Positions 51,331-64,000 of a stretch of DNA of 64,000 nucleotides are shown piece by piece. Both the position numbers and the translations under genes were made by a program. Each line of letters starts with the position of its first letter. The stretch's first letter is position 1. This DNA is from Malacoraja senta (taxonomy: Eukaryota). Location of the stretch: assembly GCA_038087875.1 (NCBI GenBank), contig CM075988.1, positions 17,176,001 to 17,240,000 of the forward strand. Reading direction: 5' to 3'. The notes below the pieces were generated by a model. The model had not been told where the DNA came from, did no database searches, and saw only the letters and a list, made by a program, of their open reading frames with translations.

Positions 51331-54300
51331 GCAAAAGCCATAAAGCCATAAAAGATTCCAGCAACTGCAGTTCCTTCTGTCTCGCTTTGTTGTCTGTTGC
51401 CTAGTCAACTTCATATCTTTGCTTTCAATATTCCTTTTGTTGTCATGAATTTAAAGTTATTTTATTCCAAAGAAGTGCACTTGTTGATCTTCAACTCCAA
51501 GTGGACGATTTCAATAAATGATTGATATGTGGTTGTAAAACGTATCTGAGACTTCACAGATATAAATGTGTTGGTATCTAAGGGGAATTTATATAGTAAA
51601 TTCGACAAAAATTTAAGAGTGGGTTTAGATTAATATTCTGGAATTTTTCTTGACAAAGTTTAGGGTTTGAGATAAAATTTAACCAATAGCTTTAAGATCA
51701 GAGGGGAAAACCATAAAGGAGATGTGCAGGGCAAGCTTTTTTTTCACAGAGTGGGAAGGAACATGCTGCCAGTGGTGGTGGTAGAAGCAAATATAACAGT
51801 GGCATTTAAGAGGTTTTTAGATTGGTACGTGGATATGCAGGGAATGGAGTGATATGGATCACATGCAGGCAAAGGTGATGAGTTTAATTTGGCTTCATGT
51901 TCAGCACGAATATTGTGGGCCAAAGAGCTTATTCCTGTGCTGCACTGTTCGATGTTAATAAAAATATTTTGAAAAATTGCAGGCAACCAAGCAATCTATG
52001 AGATTTGGCTTTGCTCAAAACACCTGCCACAATTTACATGCGTAACAGTAGTCAATGCACTGTAATAATTTATAGATTATATAGCACATTAAAATATCAT
52101 TGAGAGTCATGATAATCTATTGTATAAATGTTTCATTTATTTTCTGAAAAATCCGCTTACTTCATGTCTTTAGTTGTAAAACTGCAAGACTGGAAAACCT
52201 ACTGAAGTATGCAACAGTGATTTGATGCTGACAGTATGAACAATTAACAGATAAATGCATTATCGTAACATGGAAATGAAATCATTCCACTAATAAAACT
52301 CTGCCTCATTAACAACATGAGATTCCCTTCTCAACGATCCAAATAGAGAATCAAATATAATCAGTTTGATTCTTATGTGGATATGATCATCTCATTTATA
52401 ACTTTGGCTTTTTAAAAATAAATAAATGACTCCTTCCGCAATCCAAAATGAATGATTGTGGATTAATTACATCTTATTTCTCTATTTTGAACACATTCTA
52501 AAAGCCAAATAATCTTTATTTTGTGGTGTTTAATTCTATGAATCACGGAAGTAAAATTGAATTCCTGGAGGGAGGGTTCGGACTGAAGATGAATGGGCTA
52601 AACGGCCTTTACTTAGCAGGGATTATATAGAATGGGGCCCTTTCTTTCCACCCAAGTACCACACTGGTGCTCTGGACTATTTGTAAGGGAATGGGGAAAA
52701 AGCAGGGGGAATGGGACTGCCCCCAACATTTCCCCATGCCCTTGTCCGCATTTGAGGTAGTGGTTGTGAGTTTGGGAGGTGCTTCAGAGTAGCTGTGCAA
52801 GTAACAGCTATGCATTTTGTAGATGGTAAGCATTGTAGCCTCTGTCCGGGGGGTGGAAGGACAAATGTTTAGAATGGTGAATAGTATGCTGTAAGGGATG
52901 GAAATTGTTGCAAAATCTCGGGACAAATTCAGTTTGCATTATCAATTCTGCACTTCTTGCTGAATGTGGTTACGAATGTTCAGCCTTGTCTCAATGCCCC
53001 GGGATGGATGTCAGAAAACCCTCAGAATTAAAGGACTTCTTTTAGGAAGGAGATGAGGAGACATTTATTTAGTTAGAGGGTGGTGAATCTGTGGAATTCC
53101 TTGCCACAGAAGGCTGTGGAGGCCGTCAGTGGATCTTTTTAAGGCAGAGATAGATAGATTCTTGATTAGTACAGGTGTCGGAGGTGGTGGGGAGAAGGCA
53201 GGAGAATGCGGTTAGGAGGGAGAGATAGTTCAGCCATCATTGAATGTGGATTAGACTTGATGGCCTAATTCTACTCCTATTGAGGCCTAATTCTACTTCT
53301 CCTGATAAAAACATATCCATTCTGCATTCAGATTCTGTCCTAGGACTATTCAACCTTGTTACTGTGATTTCCGTTTGTCATTTACTCGTGCATAGGGTGT
53401 CGATGTTGCTGATGACGCCAGTATTTATTAACCATCCGAATTACCCCTGAAGTGGCAGCTCAGTGCCGACTACCTTAAGTGTCTGAAGTCACACATAGGC
53501 CAGACTGGGTGAGGGGAGACAGCTTCAGTTTTTCTGAACGACATTAGTGAACCAGATGGGATTTTTGTGACAATCTGACACTTTCACTGTTCCTGTCAAT
53601 CGTTAAATTCGGAGTTATTAAATTATTTCCATCCAGTTGAAATTCCAGCTCATGTCCCTGTATCAGTGGGTCAGAACGTTGGCTGATAGCCCAGTGACGT
53701 ACCGACACCACTGCCATACCTCTGACCAAAACCTTCACCGAGGCTTCTGATTAAATAAAAATGGGACACAGATCTATTTTTATACCCATTGTTTCCTGTC
53801 ACATTTTTGTTTTTGTTTTTAAAAAGCTGCAGTCATCTTCTAAGAATCCTTTTGTGGTGCTGGTAACCATGGTGAGAGTGGCAGAAATGTGACCAGTTTA
53901 TAAACGGCAAATTAAGCAACAAAATGGATGGGGTGTATTGAAATAAATGTCAAACTCAATAAAAGCTGCTTTTCCTAAATGCGGCAGTCCTTCTGCTCAA
54001 GCTGTTGTCAGGAGGGATTTCCAGCGCTTTGACCCCACAACGACGAAGGAAACTATTTCCAAGTCAAGGATTGTGTGTGAGTTGGAGTGAGCCTGCAGGT
54101 GGTGGCTCCTGCTGCCCTTGTTCTACTCTGTGGTAGAGGTCTGAAAGGTCCTGCCCCTCTTCTCTTCCAGCTTCTCCCCCCCCACCCCCCCATCCCTCCT
54201 CCGACAATCAGTCGAAGTAGGGTCCCAACCCAAAACTTCACACTTCTATGTTCTCCAGAAATGCTGACTGGCCTCATCTCCAGTACTTTGTTTCTTTTTC

Positions 54301-54719
54301 TTTCACTAACCAAGTACCCAGAGAGGCCTGGTAAAATCAGTCTGCCGAAGGGTCTCGACCAGAAACATCACCCATTCCTCTCCAGAGATGCTGCCTGCCC
54401 CGCTGAGTGACTCCAGCATTTTGTGTCTACCGGAGACCTGGTAAAAGGTTGGTTCATTGGGATTGATCAGTGGCAGTGTCTTCATGAAGAACCAACTGAG
54501 ATAAAACTTCCCACAGGGGGTGTTTCCCTGAATCTGTGAGCTTTTATATTGGAGAGCAGCTGGCTGAACAAGACTGCAGAGAAACCCGAAGCAGATACAG
54601 CATCCCTTCAGTACTGAAGAACTGGCCTAGATTATGTTCTCACATCTATGGATTTTGGTTTCATTCCACACCTTTCTGACCAAGATGAAGTCCTAAGTGA
54701 GCACTCAACAAGTGCAAAC

Positions 54720-54928
54720 TAAGTCAAGTCAAGTCACTTTTATTTCTATAGCACATTTAAAAAACAACTCTCGTTGGCCAAAGTGCTTTACATTGGTGGA
54801 GGTACTAACGTTATACAACAGTGGTTCATAGATTAAATACAAACATCACTACATACATATATCCCTCGCTCAAAGGACGTCAAGAGAGGCTTGGGAGTAG
54901 AGATGAGTTTTAAGTCTCGACTTAAATC
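54720..54928 (-). mobile_element. Short L2 3' end
   Basis: Same tail and 3' UTR as 44024-44220. Confidence 0.8.
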
Positions 54929-55431
54929 AGCCCATCTCTCCTCCCACCTGACCCTTCTCTCAACCCACCGAACACAAGGAGCAATAAGCACAGATTAAGG
55001 TCTGACTCTTCCTCAAAATGACCACACTCAAAATGCTAAACAAATAACAGCACTACATATGTAGAAACAAGGAACTGCAGATGCTGATTAATACACAAAA
55101 GGACACAAAGTGTTGCAGTAACTCAGCAGGTCAGGCAGCATCTCTGGAGAACATGGATGGGTGACGTTTTGGGTCAAGACCTTTCTTCAGACTGGTTGTC
55201 GGAGCGGGGGGTGGGGAGAAGAAACCTGGGAACTCTTCTAGCTTTATTCCCGGCCTACCCCTCACAATAAGCCTGAAGAAGGGTACTGACCTGAAACAAG
55301 TTATCCTATCCATGTTATCTAGAGATGCTGCCTGACCTGCTGAGTTACTCCTATTGATCACAACATGAAGGATCACAAGACGGGATCGTGCCTGAGTGGA
55401 GTGAAGTAACTGCTTTCTCTTTCTGTACTAG

Positions 55432-55521
<90 letters not shown>

Positions 55522-57448
55522 TAAGTACAAAACTCTTTGCCATTGCGATAAAATTGCATTGACCGTCCTAAAGCAGCACGCTTCCACATCCTTGCCCCCC
55601 TGTGCAAGACCAACAGCCTGATTCATGGCCAGTTAGAATAAGTGTGGGAAAGGGAAAAGACTGCAACAGAGAAGTCAGGGAAAGATGATGGAGTTGGTTG
55701 GTGGGCATTACAACGTTTCCACATCCAAGACCGAGAAAATTAAGAGAGCTTCTAGCAACTCTTATATAGACAATAGGTGCAGGAGTAGCCATTCAGCCCT
55801 TCGAGCCAGCACCGCCATTCACTGTGATCATACCTGATCATCCACATTCAGTATCCCGTTCCTGCCTTCTCACCATATCCCCTGACTCTGCTATCTTTAA
55901 GAGCTCTATCTAACTCTCTCTTGAAAGCATCCAGAGAATTGGCCTCCACTGCCTTCTGAGGCAGGGAATTCCACAGATTCACAACTCTCTGGGTGAAAAA
56001 GTTTTTCCTCATCTCCGTTCTAAATGGCTTGCCCCTTATTCTTAAACTGTAAGTCTAAACAACCTTTCACCTTCAAGTATGCCAATGGGATAAACGCTTA
56101 ATTGCCTTCACAGCTCGGGGGCAATTAGGGCTGGATAAATAATTGGCAAATAAATAAAATACTGCAGCTCCCAACCCGAGGAAGAAGAAAGGATGTTACT
56201 AAAGAAGATATATAATTACTATAGAGTCATTGTAACCAAGATTTACCAGACTGGTTCCTAGGGTGGAAGTGTGTAAGAAGGAACTGCAAATGCTGGTTTA
56301 TAGCAAAGATAGACACAAAATGCTGGAGTAACTCAGCGGGTCAAGCAGCATCTCTGGAAAAAAGGAATAGGTGACGTTTCGCGTCAATGATTCGGAGTCT
56401 GAAGAAGGGTCTTGACTTAGAGAGCTTCCAGCAACTCTTATATAGACAATAGGTGTAGGAGTAGCCATTCAGCCCTTCGAGCCAGCACCGCCATTCACTG
56501 TGATCATAGCTGATCATCCACATTGGGGTTTTTGCAGAGATGCTGCCTGATCCACTGAGTTACTCCAGCATTTTGTGTCTATTCTGGAATGGAAGGACAG
56601 TCATATAAGAGGAGACTGGGTCAACTAGGGAAGTATTCACTATATATTAGCAGAATGAAGGGAGATCATTGCACTTGGAGAAGTGGGAATTGATCATGGG
56701 TGGTCATCATGGCTTTGTTAAGGGGAGATCCTGACTGACTAAATTATTTAGAAGTAAAAACAAGGGCCTGCAGATGCAGTATTGCAGATTGCAGTATGAA
56801 GAAGGGTCCCGACCTGCAACCTCACCTATCCCAAGTTCTCCAGGGATTCTGCCCGACCCGCTGAGTTTCTCCCAACATTTTGTGTCTTTCCTGACAAAAA
56901 AATAGTATTTTTTGAGCTGGTAACTCAGTGTGAAAATAAAGGTTGTTACATAGGATTCAATAAAGCTTTTGACAGGGTTCCATATGAGAACCCATGAGGT
57001 TCAAAATTGGTTTGATGATAGGAATCAGAGGATGATAGTCAAGAGAAGCCTGTGACCTGTAACTTATCACAAGTTTTGAAGTTCAAATTGCTGCTCTTTG
57101 TTATGTTCAATCTGCTTGTGAATGATTAATAGTTGTGATGAATAAATTCATAGATTATAGTTGTTGTTGATAGTGAGGAGGGCGGTCTTTGGCTGCAGAA
57201 TGATATTGATCAGTTGGTCGGAAAGGAATGGCCAAGGACAATTAATCCTGACAAATGTGAGATGATGTGCTGTGGGAAGTCTAATGAGGCTAAAATATAC
57301 ACCGTAGGAAGTATTGTATTTGTACACTGTGGATGGCTTGAATGTAATTGTATTGTCTTTCCATTGACTGGTCAGCATGCAAAAAAAGTGTTTTCACTTT
57401 TCTATCCACAAATATCTGACCAAGATGAAGAATGCCAGCACTGGTACA

Positions 57449-57575
57449 GTCTGAAGGTTTCGGCCCGAAACGTTGCCTATTTCCTTCGCTCCATAGATGC
57501 CGCCTCACCCACTGAGTTTCTCCAGCATTTTTGTCTACCTTCGATTTTCCAGCATCTGCAGTTCCTTCTTAAACT
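57449..57575 (+). mobile_element. Solo pLTR-derived insertion with 9-bp TSD
   Basis: ACTGGTACA at 57440-57448 and 57576-57584 flanks one pLTR unit. Confidence 0.75.
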
Positions 57576-58155
57576 ACTGGTACATGGCTGATGTTTTCTG
57601 CCTAAGTTTAGCATTAAGACAGTGTTGAGAACCATAATTTGTTGGCTCTACATGTTGCAATGTTAGGTTATTGTAGTGAGGACATGAGTTAAACTGGTGC
57701 CGCGTCCATTGGCAGAAGGGAGACATCTTGGTGACCTTGTTCGAGAGTGAAGGAAGTTTAAGCGACCAAAAGTGAACTGTTCAGGGTAAAGCATCTGGCC
57801 CTGCGACTTGATCAATTCTTCGCAGGAGTCTCAGGGGCTGTCGACCCACAGTCAGAGCTGTACTATATGTCCCAATGATTGGCATACTTACTCTGAGCCA
57901 GAAGGTGGGGGGTTTGGTTCCCTGACTGAGGCGTGAGCACAACTGTATCGGCGGACACTACGGTACATAATTTGCATCTTATCAAAAGCCTTCTGAAAAT
58001 CAGATTCTTGATTAGTAAGGGTGTCAGGGCTTATGGGGCGAAGGCAGCAGAATGGGGTTGAGAGGGAAAGATAGATCAGCCATGGTTGAATGGCGGAGTA
58101 GACTTGATGGGCTAAATGGCCTAATTCTGCTCCTCGAACTTATGAACATGAGTGC

Positions 58156-58892
58156 ATCACTGATGGAGTGCCACACTGCTGGAGTGCCACACTGCTGGAG
58201 TGCCACACTGCTGGAGTGCCACACTGCTGGAGTGCCACACTGCTGGAGTGCCACACTGCTGGAGTGCCACACTGCTGGAGTGCCACACTGCTGGAGTGCC
58301 ACACTGATGGAGGTGCCACACTGATGGAGTGCCACACTGATGGAGGTGCCACACTGATGGAGGTGCCACACTGATGGAGGTGCCACACTGATGGAGGTGC
58401 CACACTGCTGGAGTGCCACACTGATGGAGGTGCCACACTGATGGAGGTGCCACACTGCTGGAGTGCCACACTGCTGGAGTGCCACACTGATGGAGTGCCA
58501 CACTGCTGGAGGTGCCACACTGCTGGAGTGCCACACTGCTGGAGTGCCACACTGATGGAGGTGCCACACTGATGGAGTGCCACACTGATGGAGGTGCCAC
58601 ACTGATGGAGTGCCACACTGCTGGAGTGCCACACTGCTGGAGTGCCACACTGCTGGAGTGCCACACTGCTGGAGTGCCACACTGATGGAGTGCCACACTG
58701 ATGGAGGTGCCACACTGATGGAGGTGCCACACTGATGGAGGTGCCACACTGATGGAGTGCCACACTGATGGAGTGCCACACTGATGGAGGTGCCACACTG
58801 ATGGAGGTGCCACACTGATGGAGGTGCCACACTGATGGAGTGCCACACTGATGGAGGTGCCACACTGATGGAGTGCCACACTGATGGAGGTG
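58156..58892. repeat. Minisatellite, 16/17-bp unit GTGCCACACTG(C/A)TGGA(G)
   Basis: About 44 homogeneous tandem units. Confidence 0.97.
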
Positions 58893-59297
58893 CTACCTCT
58901 CAGATCAGACCAAACCACGATCCATTTTCTCTCTCAGGCAGTGTCAAATATCCAACTTGTTTCCTCCTCACTATCCAACAAGAAAAAAATATACCAATGA
59001 TGTGCTTGCTATCATTTTGTTATTAATGAGTTTATTTTGCATAAATTGTCTACCATGTTTCCTGTATTAAACTAATTACTATTTTAAAATAAACACTTGT
59101 TTATGAGATAGAGGTTGTAAAATGTGATAATTAAGTGCGAATCCCTACGTTACATCGGCTGACACTCAGTCCTTCCCTGAGGACGTGCGGCAGCAGTGGA
59201 AGCGCTGATTTTCCACCACGCTCTAAACTGAGAGCATTCTTTGCCTATTCAGGCAGGAAATTTACTGAAGGGACAGGCAGCATCTCTGGAAATGAGT

Positions 59298-59325
59298 GAC
59301 GTTTCGGGTCGAGACCCTTCTTCAG
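59298..59325 (-). ncRNA. Hammerhead-like core in a pLTR copy
   Basis: CTGAAGA-A-GGGTC(TC)GACCC-GAAA-C-GTC with GUC triplet; the 5' arm of stem I is lost by rearrangement. Confidence 0.5.
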
Positions 59326-60514
59326 CGAAACGCCACCCATTCCTTCTCTCCAGAGATGCTGCCGGTCCCGCTGAGTTACTCCAGCTTTTTGTGTCTATCT
59401 TCGGTTTAGACCTGCATCTGCAGTTCCTTCTTGCACAATTTTCTGAAGGCCCTGGCCAACATTCCCGATTCAAATAACACGACTAAAAGCAGTTGCTCAT
59501 CTTCATTTTCAGCATGTGAGGCCTTGTTGTTTATAAATCAAAACTCTGCAGAATTTCGATATCGGAAATGAGAGCAGAAAATGCTGGAAACACTTAAAAG
59601 GTCAGGAAACCTCTGTGGAGAGGGAAATGAAACATTAATTGTTTCCTTTGCCACAGATGCGGGCGGACCTGAGGAATGTTTACAATATTTTCTGTTTTTC
59701 TTTGTATTATATGCAATTTGGGTGTGTGGCATTTTGCATATTGAAACTCACAGATAAAAGTATTGCATTGTCAGCGAAGTATTAGGGAAAGTAGTTGATC
59801 ATGCTCCAGAGCTATGTACTCCCCTGCATTCCTCTAGACTCACTCAGCTTGTTCCAGTAGAGAATTATGGATTTGGATCAGGCAGATTAAAAAGATTCTA
59901 CGATTCTACTGGAAATAGATGATACCAATTCTGCCATCAAAGAGTTACTAAACCCGTGAGAATTTTAAAACTCGCAATCTTTTTTTTTCAATTCCCTCCA
60001 TTGCCAAGACTCTCTCCATCCCAGACGCTCTTTAAGCCTCTTAAATCAATTTATTCCAGTCCTGTGCATTGCTGATTTTAATCATTCCACCATTGGCAGT
60101 GATGTCTTAAGCTGCCCAGAAGCTAAACTGGAACTAGCTCTCTAAATCTCTCTTTCCCCCCAACTACCTCCGCTCTCTTTTAAGACTCGTCGTGAATCTG
60201 GACATCTGCACAATATTGTCTTTTGTTCTGTATCAAATTTTGCCTATTAATATTCCTGTCAGGAAATGTTGCAATGTTATGGGTAATATATAATGCAATC
60301 AGATCGATACAGTTGTAATCTCACGGCAATGATTCATAAAATTGTGTCAAAGGGCATGGGGTGAGGACAGAATTTGACTGGGGCGGGAGACATGGGACCA
60401 ATAGGGGGTGCATACCACTCCGAACACTCATTAAGCACACAGAGAAAAAGCATGCTAACACAATGTATATCTTTAATGAGCCGCTCCAAAAGCCACGACT
60501 TTTAAATTCTTATA

Positions 60515-60713
60515 CAGCTGTCCCTCGACCTGCGATGGGTTTACGTTCCGATAAACCCATCGTAAACCGAAAATATCGCACATCGAAAACGCATTTAATA
60601 CATTGCGATCACGTGACCGGATTGGACGTGCGGCTCGCTGCCGTTGCCGAGCGTTTTCCCAGCGTAAAGTCGGAATATCGCAAGTCGAAGCATCGTAAAT
60701 CGGGGAGGACCTG
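60515..60713. mobile_element. Tc1/mariner pogo-Tigger-type MITE
   Basis: TA on both sides; imperfect 23-bp TIRs CAGCTGTCCCTCGACCTGCGATG / CATCGTAAATCGGGGAGGACCTG; CpG-rich. Confidence 0.75.
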
Positions 60714-60819
60714 TACATGCTTCTGGGCTGGGCACTGCACACAAATAGCCCACAGGATTTTTTTCTCTCATTCTTGTTATTTTCCAATGCATAAGAACAT
60801 TAGAAGATTAGCAAGAGAA

Positions 60820-63800
60820 AACACTGATTGGCTCTAGCCCAAGAGGGAGGAGAGAAGTGAGTCAAAGTTGGGAAAACAGTTGAAAACTGAGGAATTTGGA
60901 TTGTAAATTGGTAAATTAGGCAATTTATCAGTCAATGTAAGCAAGACTGCTCTTAGGGAGCGGCAGTGAGGGAAGTGCCCTGTGAGAAAAGTGTGAGTCT
61001 TCGGCTCGATAGTCTTAAGAGAGGAGGCTACGCAAAACACTGCAGAGGGAGAGACGAAAGAAGGAGATGTCAGGCAAGCTGATTCAGTGTGATGCTTGCA
61101 GTATGTGGGAGGTCAAGGACACTGCTGGTGCCTCTGGCTGCTACAAATGTGACAAGTGCATCCAGGTACAGCTGAAGGACCGTGTTGGGGAACTGGAGAA
61201 GCAAGTGGATGACCTCAGCTTTTGTCCGAGAAACTGAGTCGTTCCTCGACAAGTCCTACGGTAAGATTGTTAAAGGTCTGTCTCACTGTGCGAGTTGACC
61301 CACGAGTGACCCCGAGTGAAAGACTCGTGGTTGCGTACGAGACTACAAGTTTATGATCCAGAGTTTAACCGAGTTCCCACGGGTATGTCTAAGTTTCCCG
61401 TTTACTTCTCATTTCTGCAATGTTCCAAGTTCGTCTCCCGAGTGTACCAAGTTCCTCTCCCGTTAATCTTGAGGCAACAATGTATATCGAAGTGTTGAAA
61501 AATCATCACATGTTAAATAAATGATGTCATGCCAGCCAAAGAACGTAGAGACTATTGTGTTTGCTGCATGTGTTCTGCACAACCTGATCCGTATCAGAGG
61601 TGCAGCTTCAGGATCAGCAACAGCCATGCAGGACGGTGACTTAGTGGACAGTCAAACAGGGAGAATAACACAAGGTGCGTGGAGGAGTGGTACAAACGAC
61701 GAGACTTTGGTGCCACTGCAGTGTTTTCGAGGTAACACGGGGACCAACAGTGCAAAAGAGCAGAGAGACCATCTCTGCTCCTACTATAATTCAGAATTGG
61801 GCAGTGTGCCGTGGCAGGACAGCTTATTTTGAGCGGCTGCCGACCACAGGTACATCACTGCATGAGGAGAGCCCACATGCAGAAAAATCCAGTTAATTTC
61901 ATGTTTAGTTTAAATCCTGCTGACTTTTCTTTGTTTAACTTTAAGTGTGGATTTTATTTTTTATTGTGGTGTAAAAGTAATTTCATTGCATGATAACCAC
62001 CTTTCCTTTAAAACGTGGTTATCATGCATCTGCTTATCTGATTGTAGATCTCAAAACTTGTCATTTAGCGCATTGCATTGTATCTTTTATTGCCTGAATT
62101 TAGACTAGTGCATTTCTCAGCTGAATTAGTACATAGTGGAAATACTTTTATTTGTGCTTCATTTGTTGATTTTCATGTATGAGAAGCCCTTTTTCAGACC
62201 ACTGTGTTGTTTGCTGTGGCTACTTTTCTCAATATGCGCAAAAAAGCATTTTTTATATTGAACAAGAATAAAGACTTTGTTTCACATTCAAGACATTTGT
62301 TTCACATAAGACTTTGTCTTATTTTCTGATCTACTGAGAGGTGACAATTTTAAACATTTAAAAAGCACAGCATATGAGGCAGCTGAGTCCTTAAATCTCA
62401 CAAATGATTGTGAGAATCAAGATGTGAATATATTTTGCCTTCCTCTATTTTGTGTTTTATGATGAAAGGAATATTACATTCAAGTCATGAGACTTTGTAG
62501 TGATATTAAAATGAAGACTTCCAGACATCAATTTGATCTTGATAGCAAAGAACTCTCTTTTATTGTGCAATGAAGTAAACAAACAGTGAGAATCAAACGG
62601 ATCAGCAAAAAGCTTTTCAACACAACACAACACAACACAAATTTATATATAAACTTCAAGCAATTTTTTCTTTTCAACCCACTCTGTCACCTTATCAATA
62701 ACTTGCTTAACTGTGTTAAGCAGAATTTGTCTTTAAAAAGTCTAAGTAACTGATATTTCTGTCCCTGATTATTGTTTCTAAAAAGAGTTCCCACGGTAGA
62801 ATCACGAGTCACAAAGTTAAACGCACGGGCCACTACGTCCTTACAACGAGTTTAAATGTTTCAATTTTTAACCACAAGAGTACATTTTACTCGTGGAAAA
62901 GTTCAAACATGTTTGAACTTTTGCAAGAGTTAACAAGTTTCACGTGTACCTCCCGGGGTCACTCGTGGGTCAACTCGCACAGTGAGACAGCCCTTTTACC
63001 CCTGAGGTACTGGAAGAGAGAAGGTGGGAGACAGTGAGAAAGGGAGGGAAGCATGGAATGCAAACGTCCCCGGGTGTTGTACCTCTTGTGAACAGGTTCA
63101 CCCACTTAGAAGCTGTCGGGACAGAAGACGTTTTAACACTGAGCGGCAGACTGGCTTGCGATGCGAATAGGGCTGTTGAGCCAAAACCAAAAAGGCCAAA
63201 GTCAGGCAACGCCATTGTAGTGGGAGACTCCATTGTGAGAGGTACGGACAGGGGTTTCTGCGGCAACAGACGGGATTCGAGGATGGTGTGCTGCCTTCCT
63301 GGTGCCAGGATCCAGGATGTCACGGACAGAGTGCAGAAAATCCTCAAGGGCGAAGGTGAACAGCCGGAAGTGGTAGTGCATGTCGGCACAAACGATGTTG
63401 GAAAGAAGGGGATGAATATTCTGCAGCATGACTTTAGAGAGCTCGGAAAAATGCTGAAGCAGGACCTCCAGGGTTGTTATCTCCGGTTTGCTTCCAGTTC
63501 CTCGTGCTGGCGAGAGCAGGAACAGGGAGATACGGGACCTGAACGTGTGGCTGAGGAACTGGTGCACGGGGCAGGGATTTAGATTCTTAGATCACTGGGA
63601 TCTGTTTTGGAGTAAAAGGGAACTGTACAAAAGGGACAGATTGCATCTCAACAGGTGGGGGACCAGCATTCTGGCAGGCAGGTTTGCCACTACTACACGG
63701 GTGGTTTTAAACTGAATAAGGGGGGTGGGGTGTCGAATGGGATAGTTGAGGATGGAGTTAAAGGGAAAGGGTTTCTTAAATGTGTGAGCGTAGAGACAGA

Positions 63801-64000
63801 GGGGTGTAAAATGAGGGTAGAAGCAATAGGTAGCAAGGTGAAAAGTAAAAGTGGCAGGCAGGCAAATCCAGGGCAAAAATCAAAAAGGGCCACTTTTCAA
63901 CATAATTGTATAAGGGGTAAGAGTGTTGTAAAAACAAGCCTGAAGGCTTTGTGTCTCAATGCAAGGAGCATTTATAATAAGGTGGATGAGTTGAATGTGC
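60820..64000 (+). mobile_element. 5' part of a CR1 LINE (5' UTR, ORF1 zinc finger/coiled coil/SGNH esterase, start of ORF2), interrupted by Harbinger
   Basis: ATG at 61067: MSGKLIQCDACSMWEV..CYKCDKC..LKDRVGELEKQVDDL. Resumes at 62999 with IVVGDSIVRG...VVHVGTND. ORF2 endonuclease start LKALCLNARSIYNKVDEL near 63940. Frameshifted. Confidence 0.88.
61273..62995 (+). mobile_element. PIF/Harbinger transposon, internally deleted, with transposase C-terminal remnant (61521-61832)
   Basis: About 42-bp TIRs with one mismatch (AAGG(T/G)CTGTCTCACTGTGCGAGTTGACCCACGAGTGACCCCG); TTA TSD at 61270-61272 and 62996-62998; IVFAACVLHNLIR...AKEQRDHLCSYYNSELGSVPWQ. Confidence 0.9.

Noticed and set aside
58024..58918. 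240-285-aa repetitive ORFs; superficially CRISPR-like array
   Set aside because: Minisatellite with no unique spacers, no cas genes and a eukaryotic context.

Overview
Repeat-rich vertebrate genomic DNA, most likely a cartilaginous fish (skate/ray-like; inferred from the repeat families, not proven). The only host gene I can identify is BACE1 (+ strand): coding exon 1 at 22416-22670 and exon 2 at 55432-55520, separated by a 32.8-kb intron. Later exons lie outside the window. A CpG-island promoter at about 20.0-20.5 kb (ETS, GC-box, CCAAT, NRF1-like, ZNF143-type and RFX X-box-like motifs) appears to drive a divergent minus-strand transcript. The rest is mostly mobile DNA: a near-complete but frameshifted Penelope-like element (RT + GIY-YIG), roughly 25 dispersed copies of its terminal repeat carrying a hammerhead-ribozyme-like core, L2, CR1 and Rex1/Babar LINE fragments, tRNA-derived SINEs, a Harbinger element nested in CR1 ORF1, MITEs, hAT-like composites, a Helitron-like 3' end and minisatellites. 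Most ORF-track entries are spurious. Family assignments come from motifs recognised by eye; no searches were run.
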